Assembly: GCA_963730185.1 (NCBI GenBank)
Contig: CAVSQW010000006.1
Location: 256,001-320,000 of the forward strand
Reading direction: 5' to 3'
DNA length: 64,000 bases
Origin: an uncultured Gemmatimonadales bacterium
GTDB lineage: Bacteria > Gemmatimonadota > Gemmatimonadetes > Gemmatimonadales > GWC2-71-9
Under the pieces are notes generated by a model. That model ran no database searches. It was not told where the DNA came from and saw only the letters and a program-made list of their open reading frames with translations. Within the stretch, counting starts at the first letter, position 1, and every line of letters starts with the position of its first letter. Shown one piece after another: positions 41,513-50,225 of the stretch. A program made the translations under genes and the position numbers.

Positions 41513-43309
41513 ATGCGACGCTTCTCTGTCCTGGCGGGCCTTCTCCTCCTGAGCGTGTCGCTTCCCGCGCCGCAACTCCGGGCCCAGACGGCGAACGATC
41601 AGGAGCCCGACGTCGACCTCACCTGGGGCGTCAAGATTCCGCTCCGGGACGGGGTGCGCTTGAACGCCACCCTCTACCGGCCGGCCGGCCAGAGCGGTCC
41701 GCTGCCGGTGGTGTTCACGCTCACGCCCTACATCTCGGACAGCTACCACCCCCGGGCGATGTACTTCGCCCGCCACGGCTACGTGTTCGCCCTGGTGGAC
41801 GTCCGGGGGCGGGGCAACTCCGAGGGTGAGTTCGAGCCGATGGCCAACGAGGGACGCGACGGCCATGACGTGGTGGAGTGGCTGGCCCAGCAACCCTGGT
41901 CCGATGGCAAGGTCACGATGTGGGGCGGCTCGTACGCCGGGTACGACCAGTGGTCGACCCTGAAGGAGTTCCCGCCCCACCTGGCGACCATCGTCCCGGC
42001 GGCGGCGGCCCACCCGGCGATCGACTTCCCCTTTCAGGGAGGCATCTACTCGACCTACATCGTGCAGTGGATGACGTTCACCAGCGGAGTGACCGGGAAC
42101 GGCAACCTGTTCGGCGACGGGTCGTTCTGGCGGGCCAAGTACACCAAGCTCTTCCAAGGGGAGCAGTCCTATCGCACCCTGGATCGGCTGGTCGGCAACC
42201 CGCTCAAGTACTTCCAGAAGTGGGTGGACCATCCGACCCCCGACGCCTACTGGGACGCGATGGCGCCCGACTCGGCCGACTACGCCCGGATCGCGGTGCC
42301 GATCCTGACCATCACCGGCGATTACGACGGCGACCAAGCCGGCGCGATGGAGTACTATCGGCGCCACATGCGCTGGGGCAACCCCGCCGCCAAGGCGACC
42401 CATTACCTGATCGTCGGCCCATGGGACCACGCCGGCACCCGGACGCCCCTCCCCGACGTGGGCGGCCTCCACTTCGGACCGGCCAGCGTCCTGGACCTGA
42501 ACGACCTGCACCGGCAGTGGTACGACTGGACCATGAAGAGCGGGGCCAAACCCGAGTTCCTCGAGGATCGGGTGGCTTACTATGTGGTCGGACCGGGAGC
42601 CGAGCGGTGGAGGTACGCCCCGGACCTCGAGTCGGTGACCGCCTCGCGCCGGACCTTGTATCTCGGCTCGAGCGGGTCGGCGGGGAGCGTCTTCGGCTCG
42701 GGGCGGCTGAGCGACCAGACGCCGACCGCGAGCGCGGCGCAGGCCGCGGACCGATACACCTACGACCCGCTCGACCTCCGGCCCGCCGCGCTGGAGCAAC
42801 ATCCAGCCTCGGCCTATCTGATGGACCAGACGGCGGCGCTCAACCTGTTCGGCAATGGGCTGGTCTACCACACCGAGCCCTTCCCCGAAGCCACCGAGGT
42901 CAGCGGGTACGTGAAGCTGGTGGCCTGGATGTCGCTCGACGTGCCCGACACCGACTTCCAGGTCTCCCTCTACGAGATCCTGCCCGACGGGTCGAGCGTC
43001 CTGCTCACCTCGGACGGGCTTCGGGCGCGGTACCGCGAGTCGCCCCGGGTCGAGCACCTGATCAAGCCCGGCGCGATTCTGCCCTACACGTTCGACGGCT
43101 TCGCCTTCTTCTCGCGGCGGGTCCAGAAAGGGAGCCGGCTCCGGCTCCTGATCAGCTCGCCCAACTCCATCCAATTGGAGAAGAACTTCAACTCCGGCGG
43201 GGTGGTAGCCGAGGAGACCCGGCGAGACGCCCGCACCGCGCACGTGGTGCTGTACCACGACCCCGCCCATCCGAGCCACCTCGAGCTTCCCATCGGACGG
43301 CAGCCATGA
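41513..43309 (+). CDS. CocE/NonD family (peptidase S15) hydrolase
   Basis: Signal peptide; TPY, DVRGRGNSEG, GGSYAG and GPWDH motifs; PepX_C-like C-terminus. Confidence 0.9.
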   Translation: MRRFSVLAGLLLLSVSLPAPQLRAQTANDQEPDVDLTWGVKIPLRDGVRLNATLYRPAGQSGPLPVVFTLTPYISDSYHPRAMYFARHGYVFALVDVRGRGNSEGEFEPMANEGRDGHDVVEWLAQQPWSDGKVTMWGGSYAGYDQWSTLKEFPPHLATIVPAAAAHPAIDFPFQGGIYSTYIVQWMTFTSGVTGNGNLFGDGSFWRAKYTKLFQGEQSYRTLDRLVGNPLKYFQKWVDHPTPDAYWDAMAPDSADYARIAVPILTITGDYDGDQAGAMEYYRRHMRWGNPAAKATHYLIVGPWDHAGTRTPLPDVGGLHFGPASVLDLNDLHRQWYDWTMKSGAKPEFLEDRVAYYVVGPGAERWRYAPDLESVTASRRTLYLGSSGSAGSVFGSGRLSDQTPTASAAQAADRYTYDPLDLRPAALEQHPASAYLMDQTAALNLFGNGLVYHTEPFPEATEVSGYVKLVAWMSLDVPDTDFQVSLYEILPDGSSVLLTSDGLRARYRESPRVEHLIKPGAILPYTFDGFAFFSRRVQKGSRLRLLISSPNSIQLEKNFNSGGVVAEETRRDARTAHVVLYHDPAHPSHLELPIGRQP

Positions 43310-45225
43310 CCTGCTCCGCATTTCGACTCGGCGGGCTCGGCCCCGCCACGCTGCTCGCCGGCCTGCTGCTCGGCTCGGCTCTGGCCCCGACCGGCCTTCA
43401 GGCGCAGGAACCTGCCCGCGGTCTCCGAGGCTCGGCCGAGCTCGAGGCGTTTCTCGACGGGGTCATGACGGTCGACCTTCGCGACAAGCACATCGCCGGC
43501 GCGATGGTCGCCGTGGTCAAGGACGGCGCGCTGGTGCTGGCCAAGGGCTACGGGTACGCCGACCTGGCCCGGCGGATCCCGGTCGACCCCGAGCGGACCC
43601 TGTTCCGCCCCGGGTCCGTCAGCAAGCTCTTCACCTGGACCGCGGTGATGCAGCTGGTCGAGCAGGGGAAGCTCGACCTCACCACCGACGTGAACCAGTA
43701 CCTGGACTTCAAGCTCCCGGCGACCTATCCGGAGCCGATCACCCTCAAGGACCTGATGACCCACTCGGCCGGATTCGAGGAGGATCCCCGGGGCCTCATC
43801 AGCGACGACTCGACCAGCATCGAGCCCATGGGCCAGTGGCTCCAGGCCCATCGACCGGCGCGGGTCCGGCCGCCGGGGCAGTACTCCTCCTACTCGAACT
43901 ACGGCACCGCGCTGGCCGGATATATCGTCCAGCGGGTCTCGGGCGAGTCCTTCGCGGACTACGTCCAGCATCACATCCTCGACCCGCTCGGCATGGCGCA
44001 CACCACGGCCCATCAGCCGCTCCCGGCCACCCTGGCGCCGGACATGTCGGTGGGCTACGAGTGGCGGAACGGGGCGTTCGTGCCGCACGGCTTCGAGTAC
44101 CTGCCGGGCGCGGCGCCGGCGGGCGTGATCAGCACCACCGCGGCCGACATGGCGAAGTTCATGATTGCCCATCTCCAGAACGGCCGGCTCGGCGACGCCC
44201 GGATCCTGGCGGACAGCACCGCAGAACGGATGCACACCCGCGCCTTCGGCGGCGACCGCCGGGTCAACGGCTTCGCGCTCGGCTTCTACGAGAAGTCGAG
44301 CCACGGGCTCCGGATCATCGGGCACGGCGGCGACTCGCAGTGGTTCCACACCGACCTCGCCTTGATCCCGAGCGAGCATCTCGGCGTGTACCTGTCGTTC
44401 AACACCAACACCGGCGGCCAGCTGACCTTCCGGCCGTTCCTGGAGGAGTTCCTCGACCATTACTACCCGGAGACCCTGCCGGCGATCACCGCCCCGGCCG
44501 GCTTCCTCGCAACGGCCGATCGCTTCACCGGCCTCTATCGCAGCAATCGGCGAGCCTACACCACCTACCTCAAAGCCCTGGGCCTGGCGGGCGCCACGAG
44601 TGTTTCGGTGGGCGACGACAGCACCCTGGTGATGGGCGGCTCCGACGACCCGCTTCGGCTGGTGCCGATCGACTCCCTGCTCTTCCGGGAAAAGAACGGC
44701 AATCAGCGAGTCGCCTTCTCGGTCGACGCGTCGGGCCGGATCACCCACGCGTTCATGGGGGGAGACCCGACCTCGGTGCTCGACAAGCAGGCCTGGTACG
44801 AGGGCACGAACCTCCATCTCTTCCTCTGGGCGTTCGCGACACTGGTCTCGATCGGGCTGGTCGGAGGAGGGATCCGGCGGTTGTTCCTCTCCCGGGCGCG
44901 AGGTGAGCCCGGCGTCCGAATGGCCGGGAAGTGGCTGATGGCGGCCGCCCTGGCGGAGCTGGCGTTCATGCTGGCGCTCGTCAAGGTGAGCGGCGACCTG
45001 ATCACCCTCCTCCTGAACGGCAACCAGACACCGATCCTGATCGCGCTGGCGTTTCCGGTGCTGCTCGCCCTCTTCCTGCTCGGCGCGCTGATCGTCGGGT
45101 TCCGCCAATGGAACGCCCCCCGGGTCTCGACCGGCGCCCGGCTCCGGTTCATGGGCACCGTCCTCGTGCTCCTGCTCTTTCTCTGGTCGCTCAATCAGTG
45201 GAACCTGCTCGGCTGGAAGGTTTAG
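43306..45225 (+). CDS. Beta-lactamase-family serine hydrolase with C-terminal TM helices (2)
   Basis: SVSK, YSN and GHGGD motifs; TM tail; ATGA overlap with the CocE gene. Confidence 0.9.
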   Translation: MTCSAFRLGGLGPATLLAGLLLGSALAPTGLQAQEPARGLRGSAELEAFLDGVMTVDLRDKHIAGAMVAVVKDGALVLAKGYGYADLARRIPVDPERTLFRPGSVSKLFTWTAVMQLVEQGKLDLTTDVNQYLDFKLPATYPEPITLKDLMTHSAGFEEDPRGLISDDSTSIEPMGQWLQAHRPARVRPPGQYSSYSNYGTALAGYIVQRVSGESFADYVQHHILDPLGMAHTTAHQPLPATLAPDMSVGYEWRNGAFVPHGFEYLPGAAPAGVISTTAADMAKFMIAHLQNGRLGDARILADSTAERMHTRAFGGDRRVNGFALGFYEKSSHGLRIIGHGGDSQWFHTDLALIPSEHLGVYLSFNTNTGGQLTFRPFLEEFLDHYYPETLPAITAPAGFLATADRFTGLYRSNRRAYTTYLKALGLAGATSVSVGDDSTLVMGGSDDPLRLVPIDSLLFREKNGNQRVAFSVDASGRITHAFMGGDPTSVLDKQAWYEGTNLHLFLWAFATLVSIGLVGGGIRRLFLSRARGEPGVRMAGKWLMAAALAELAFMLALVKVSGDLITLLLNGNQTPILIALAFPVLLALFLLGALIVGFRQWNAPRVSTGARLRFMGTVLVLLLFLWSLNQWNLLGWKV

Positions 45226-45247
45226 CCTCGAACCCCGGGAGATCTCC

Positions 45248-45589
45248 ATGACCGCCGACGACCTCCGCGCCATGTTTCGGGCGATCGACGCCTGCGACTG
45301 GGACACGCTGGACCGCTACCTCCACCCCGACCTGGAGTACCTTCGGCCGGGGTTGGACCCGCTGAAGGGCGCCGCGGCGTTCAGCAAGTTCTACCGTGAG
45401 GTTCGGAGTCTCCGCGGTGAGCACCGCTTCGACGCGGTGATCGTCGACGGCGACCAGGGCGCCTGTTGGGGCCGCTTCGTCGGCAAGAACGCCAACGGTC
45501 CGGTCGACGTGGAGTTCGCCGACTGCTACGGCTTCCGCGACGGGAAGCTCTGGCGCCGGAAGTCGTTCTTCTACGTGCCCGTGGTCTGA
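45248..45589 (+). CDS. SnoaL-like / NTF2-family protein
   Basis: 113 aa; GGAG RBS; fold pattern ...D.CDW..L...HPD..Y...FAD...FRDGK. Confidence 0.8.
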   Translation: MTADDLRAMFRAIDACDWDTLDRYLHPDLEYLRPGLDPLKGAAAFSKFYREVRSLRGEHRFDAVIVDGDQGACWGRFVGKNANGPVDVEFADCYGFRDGKLWRRKSFFYVPVV

Positions 45590-45604
45590 GCCCGAGGTTA
45601 GGCC

Positions 45605-47533
45605 ATGCGGGTCCGCCCCTCCACGGCAATGCTGGTCTCGGCGGCCGTCCTGGGCGGCGGTTCGCTCGGGCCGAGCGACCGAGCGGCGACCGTCGAGCCA
45701 CGACCGGCGTCATCCCTCGAGGACACCGTGGCGCTGGGCGCCTTCGTCGACGGGGTCATGGAGGCCCACCTCGACCGGCTCGACCTTCCGGCCGCCGCGG
45801 TGGTCGTCGTCAAGGGCACCCGGATCCTCTACACCAGGGGCTACGGCTATCAGGACCGGGAGGCCGGGACACCGATCGACCCGGCGACGAGCATGTTCCA
45901 CATCGGCTCGACCGGCAAGCTCTTCACCTGGACCGCCGTGATGCAGCTGGTCGAGCAAGGCAAGCTCGACCTCGACGCTGACGTCAACACCTACCTCCGC
46001 ACCTTCCAGATTCCGCCCACGTTCCCCGAACCCATCACCCTCCGGCACCTGATGACCCACACGGCCGGGTTTCAGGAGGGGATCCTGGGCTACTTCATCG
46101 GCAACGACACCACCGACATCCGCTCCATCGAGGAGACCGTGCGGGCCCACGTCCCGACCCGGGTTCGCCCGCCCGGCCGCCTGGCGTCGTACTCGAACTA
46201 CGGCGCCGCCCTCGCCGGGCTCATCGTCGAAGAGGTGAGCGGCGAGCCCTTCGCCGAGTACATCGAGCGGCACATCTACCGGCCGCTCGGGATCCACTAT
46301 GCGACCTTCCGCGAGCCGATCCCGGCGGCCCTTCGGCCTAGCGCGGTGGTCGGCTACCGGAAGGAAGACGGCGTCTACGTCAGGCAGCCGTTCGAGATCG
46401 ATGGCGGCCTCGTCCCCGCCGGCGGCACCGTGATGGCCACGCTCGAGATGGCGAAGTTCATGATCGCCCACCTCCACGACGGCCGATACGGCGACCGGCA
46501 GATCCTCGAGCCCGCGACGGCCGAGCTCATGCACCGGACCGCCTTCGCGCCCGACCCGCGCCTGCCAGGCGTCGCCCTCGGCTTCATCGAGTCGAGCTAC
46601 AACGGGCACCGGGTCATCGGACACGACGGTGACAGCCAGGACTTCCACGTCAGCATGCTGCTGCTTCCGGAGGACACCGTCGGGATCTTCCTGGCGTACG
46701 AGGGAGGCGGCGGGATCGAGGCCCGCGAAGGCATGGCCCGCGCCTTCTTCGATCGGTACTACCCGGCCCCGACGCCGGCGGCGGCGCCGATCGCGGTAGA
46801 CCAGGCGACGCTCGGGTCGTATGCCGGCCAGTACCGCATGATCCGGATGAACTACACCGACCTCGACAAGCTGATCTACTTCCTGGCCCTCGGCCCGGTG
46901 GAGGTATCGGCGCTTCGGAGCGGTCGACTGCTGGTGAGCGGACCGGTCGGCTCGCGCGACGGGCCCGCCCAGTACCTGCCCACCGGACCGGGGCTCTTCG
47001 AGGAGGTCGGAGGCCATCGGCGAATCGCGTTCCACGCCGACTCGGGTACCGGGGTGATGCGAGCCTACTTCGACCCCACCGTCGACACCGAGCCGGTGCC
47101 TTGGACCGAAGGCCGCTCCTTCTGGTTCCCGGCACTCGGCCTGGCACTCCTGATGTTCCTCTCCGTGCTGGTGGGCACCGCCTGTCGCCGCGGGGCGATT
47201 CGCGCCATGCCGCCGGGCGAGCGGCGGGCCCAGTGGCTTGCCGCCCTGACGGCGGGGTGGCTGATGCTCAGCCTGGTGGCCGCGCTGGCCGTGGTCGGCA
47301 GGTACCAGATGGCCATCCTGGAGCGGATCCCGGTGGCCCTCGACCTGGTCCTGGCAATGCCGCTCGGGTTCGTGGTGCTCACCGGGGCGCTCACGATCGC
47401 CGCATTCCGGGCGTGGAGGAGCGGCTACTGGACCTTCGGCCGCCGGGTTCACTTCACGGCAGTGGCCGTCGCTGCCCTGCTGTTCTGCTGGTTCTTCTCC
47501 CAATTCAACGTGCTGGGCTGGCAGTTCGGCTGA
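45605..47533 (+). CDS. Beta-lactamase-family serine hydrolase with C-terminal TM helices (3)
   Basis: STGK, YSN and GHDGD motifs; TM tail. Confidence 0.9.
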   Translation: MRVRPSTAMLVSAAVLGGGSLGPSDRAATVEPRPASSLEDTVALGAFVDGVMEAHLDRLDLPAAAVVVVKGTRILYTRGYGYQDREAGTPIDPATSMFHIGSTGKLFTWTAVMQLVEQGKLDLDADVNTYLRTFQIPPTFPEPITLRHLMTHTAGFQEGILGYFIGNDTTDIRSIEETVRAHVPTRVRPPGRLASYSNYGAALAGLIVEEVSGEPFAEYIERHIYRPLGIHYATFREPIPAALRPSAVVGYRKEDGVYVRQPFEIDGGLVPAGGTVMATLEMAKFMIAHLHDGRYGDRQILEPATAELMHRTAFAPDPRLPGVALGFIESSYNGHRVIGHDGDSQDFHVSMLLLPEDTVGIFLAYEGGGGIEAREGMARAFFDRYYPAPTPAAAPIAVDQATLGSYAGQYRMIRMNYTDLDKLIYFLALGPVEVSALRSGRLLVSGPVGSRDGPAQYLPTGPGLFEEVGGHRRIAFHADSGTGVMRAYFDPTVDTEPVPWTEGRSFWFPALGLALLMFLSVLVGTACRRGAIRAMPPGERRAQWLAALTAGWLMLSLVAALAVVGRYQMAILERIPVALDLVLAMPLGFVVLTGALTIAAFRAWRSGYWTFGRRVHFTAVAVAALLFCWFFSQFNVLGWQFG

Positions 47534-47539
47534 GGCGGT

Positions 47540-47770
47540 TCAGACGGACGGGAAGCGTCGAGCCTGGGAGGAACCATCGAGCACCGTGATGGCGCCCGTG
47601 GGACAGTTCTCGGCCGCGTCGAGGACGGCGGCGCGGTCGGCGGCGCCGGCGTCGACCGCCACCGCCTGACCGTCGGGCCCGATCGCGAACACCCCGGGGG
47701 CCAGCCGGAGGCAGGTGCACGACCCCACACAGAGATCCCGATCGACGACGATCCGGAGCCCTTCGGTCAC
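47540..47770 (-). CDS. Single-cluster ferredoxin (P450-associated, likely 3Fe-4S)
   Basis: VDRDLCVGSCTC..LAP.VF and CPTGAI motifs; GTGA overlap with the P450 stop. Confidence 0.88.
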   Translation of the reverse strand: MTEGLRIVVDRDLCVGSCTCLRLAPGVFAIGPDGQAVAVDAGAADRAAVLDAAENCPTGAITVLDGSSQARRFPSV

Positions 47771-48990
47771 GTCGTCCACCGGACCGGCAGGGCCTCGGCC
47801 GCCCGGTTCACGATGGTCGGCTGGTACTCGACCCGATCGGTGGCAAGCCGGAGCTCGGGCAAGAGCTCGGCCATGGCCAGGTAGGTCTCCTGGAGCTCGA
47901 GCCGAGCCAGGGGCGCGCCGAGACAGATGTGGATCCCGTTGCCGAAGGCCAGGTGCGGGTTGGGGCTCCGGCTCACGTCGAAGCGATCGGGCTCGGCGAA
48001 CTTGGCGGGGTCGCGGTTGGCGGCGGCCAGCACGAGCAGGGCGCGATCGCCGGCGCGGAGAGTCTTCCCGCCGAGGGTCACGTCGGCCCGAATCGAGCGG
48101 AAGGTCGCCTTCACGGTGCCGTCGTACCGAAGGATCTCGTCGGCGGCGGTCCGGATCAGCGAGGGGTTGGCGCGGAGTCGCTCCCATTCGCCGGGGTGAC
48201 GGAGCAGGGCCAGCAGTCCGTTCACCAGCGTGAACGTGGTGCTCTCGTGGCCGGCGAAGAGGAGCAACGTGCAGGTGGCCAGCACCTCCTCCTCGGACAG
48301 GAGGTCGCCCCGCTCCTCCGCCTGAATCAGCGCCGAGATCAGGTCGTCGCGGGGATGGGCCCGGCGCTCGCGCACCAGCGGCTCGAAGTACCGGACCAGC
48401 TGGTCCAGCCCCCGCTGCGAGCGGGCCCGCCGGTCGGGCTCGTTGGCCTTGATGAAGAAGATCCCCGAGATCTCCTCCGACCACGCCTTGATCATGGTCC
48501 GGTCCTCGACCGGCACGCCGAGATACTCCGAGATCACGATCACGGGAAGGTGCTGGGCGAAGGCGGTGACGAACTCCATGCTCCTCGCGGACCGGGTCTC
48601 GGTCAGCATCTCCCGGACGATGACGCGGGTCCGGGCCCGGAGCTTCTCCGCGCTGGCGGGGGTGAACGCCTTGTTCACCAGCATCCGGGCCCGGGTGTGG
48701 TACGGCGGGTCGGCGAACACGAACCACTTGGCCAGGTAGCGGATCAGCAAGGCGTAGCGGTCGCGGTCGGCGGGGGGCAGCTCGGCCGACAGCGACGCCA
48801 TCCGGTCCGACGAGAAGTGCTCGTGATCGCGGAAGGCCCGCAGCACGTCGTCGTACCGGGTGATCAGCCAGCCGCCCCAGCGTTCGTTCCAGTACACGGG
48901 GTCGGTCTCGCGGATCCGGCCGTAGTAGGTGTACGGATCGGCGATCACGTCGGGGGCGAGGAGATCGTCGTCGATCGTGGCGTGAGGCAT
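47767..48990 (-). CDS. Cytochrome P450
   Basis: DPPYHTR, I-helix AGHEST, EILR and heme motif FGNGIHICLG. Confidence 0.96.
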   Translation of the reverse strand: MPHATIDDDLLAPDVIADPYTYYGRIRETDPVYWNERWGGWLITRYDDVLRAFRDHEHFSSDRMASLSAELPPADRDRYALLIRYLAKWFVFADPPYHTRARMLVNKAFTPASAEKLRARTRVIVREMLTETRSARSMEFVTAFAQHLPVIVISEYLGVPVEDRTMIKAWSEEISGIFFIKANEPDRRARSQRGLDQLVRYFEPLVRERRAHPRDDLISALIQAEERGDLLSEEEVLATCTLLLFAGHESTTFTLVNGLLALLRHPGEWERLRANPSLIRTAADEILRYDGTVKATFRSIRADVTLGGKTLRAGDRALLVLAAANRDPAKFAEPDRFDVSRSPNPHLAFGNGIHICLGAPLARLELQETYLAMAELLPELRLATDRVEYQPTIVNRAAEALPVRWTT

Positions 48991-49004
48991 CGGTTCCCGA
49001 GAGG

Positions 49005-49052
49005 CTAACAAGCGTTAGTTTGCAACCTAAGACGCGGCCGAACCCCAGTCAA
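49005..49052 (-). promoter_or_regulatory. sigma70 promoter plus TetR-type operator upstream of the P450
   Basis: Minus strand TTGACT(49052-49047)-N17-TAGGTT(49029-49024). Operator CTAACAAGCGTTAG at 49005-49018 covers the predicted start site. Confidence 0.7.
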
Positions 49053-49064
49053 GCGGGCCGGCAC

Positions 49065-50219
49065 TCAGTGCGTCGCGGGGCCGACCTCGCCGAGGGGCAC
49101 GAAGGTCCCGTCGTCGATCCGCCCGTTCTCGACGTGGTAAATCACGAAGCCCGACGGGAAGACCATGCCGGCGGCCTGGTTGGGTCCGACGATCGCGGCG
49201 GTCTGGTAGAACCGGGTGGGCACCCCCGCGTAGCGGATCTGCTCCCGGACGTGCATGTGGCCGGCCATGGCCAGCGGGTACGGGTGCGGCGCTACCGCGG
49301 CCAGGATCTCGCCCGCGTTCCGGACGGTGTGCCGGAAGTTCAGTTTCCCATCCACCGTGATGGTGCTCGGCGCGGGGGGCCCGTCCATGAACCCGAAGAC
49401 CGTCTCGTAGGCCGTGAAGAACGGGATGTGATTGAAGGTCACGACCGGGGTCGTGGCCGGCACCTGGGCCAGGTCGCGGGCCAGCCAGGCAACCTGAACG
49501 CTGTCGACGTGACCGTAGTAGGCCGTGTCGGCGATGTCGACGCTGTTGAGGCCGACGAAGTGGATCCCGCCGTAGGTGAAGGAGTAGTAGTCCGGACCGC
49601 GGTAGTGGCGGTACATCGCCCGCCCGTAGAGCGGGTTGTCGGGCGAGACGTGCGACTTGCTCCGCTCGATGCCGAAGTTCTCGTGATTGCCCGGCACGGT
49701 CCAAAGCGGGACCGTGAACCGGGAAGCCTCATCCTGGAAGAGCTGGTAGTAGCCGGTCGCCTCGGCCTCTCCGACCCGGAGGGCGTCCTTGACCAGGTCG
49801 CCCGTGACGATGGCGAAGTCAGGCCGGATCGAGTCGACCATCGTTCGGAACCGCTCGGTGCGGGCCCGACTCGCCGGGCTGATGTGGGTGTCGGACGCGT
49901 GGACGAAGGTGAACTCCGCTGGGGCCGGCGCCCGGGCCAGGCCGAAGGCGGCCGGGCCGTCGGCCGTGGCTCGCCAGAACGCTCCGACCGACCGATAGCC
50001 GTCCGGCACGCTCACGAAGACCACCCCGTAGCCGCGGGAGTCGGCGATCCGGAAGGCGCCGTCGCGACCGGTCACCACCACGTCGACCTGATCCGAGACG
50101 ACCACCCCGGGGAGACCGGGCTCGCCGGCGTCCCGCCGGCCGTTGGCGTTCCGGTCGAGGTAAACGGTGCCCGACACGTCGGCGAGCGAGACCGCGGCGA
50201 GCAGGAGCAGGCTGACCAT
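49065..50219 (-). CDS. Secreted calcineurin-like metallophosphoesterase with N-terminal SdrD-like domain
   Basis: DxH (SDTH), GDLV, PGNHE, FNH and GHMH motifs; N-terminal GTVYLDRNANG..D.GE.G. Confidence 0.88.
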   Translation of the reverse strand: MVSLLLLAAVSLADVSGTVYLDRNANGRRDAGEPGLPGVVVSDQVDVVVTGRDGAFRIADSRGYGVVFVSVPDGYRSVGAFWRATADGPAAFGLARAPAPAEFTFVHASDTHISPASRARTERFRTMVDSIRPDFAIVTGDLVKDALRVGEAEATGYYQLFQDEASRFTVPLWTVPGNHENFGIERSKSHVSPDNPLYGRAMYRHYRGPDYYSFTYGGIHFVGLNSVDIADTAYYGHVDSVQVAWLARDLAQVPATTPVVTFNHIPFFTAYETVFGFMDGPPAPSTITVDGKLNFRHTVRNAGEILAAVAPHPYPLAMAGHMHVREQIRYAGVPTRFYQTAAIVGPNQAAGMVFPSGFVIYHVENGRIDDGTFVPLGEVGPATH

Positions 50220-50225
50220 GGCGAC

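Noticed and set aside
43624..45973. Near-identical ~57-bp stretches in serine hydrolases 2 and 3 as DGR template/variable repeats
   Set aside because: They encode the conserved KLFTWTAVMQLVEQGKLDL motif with synonymous differences, and no reverse transcriptase is present.
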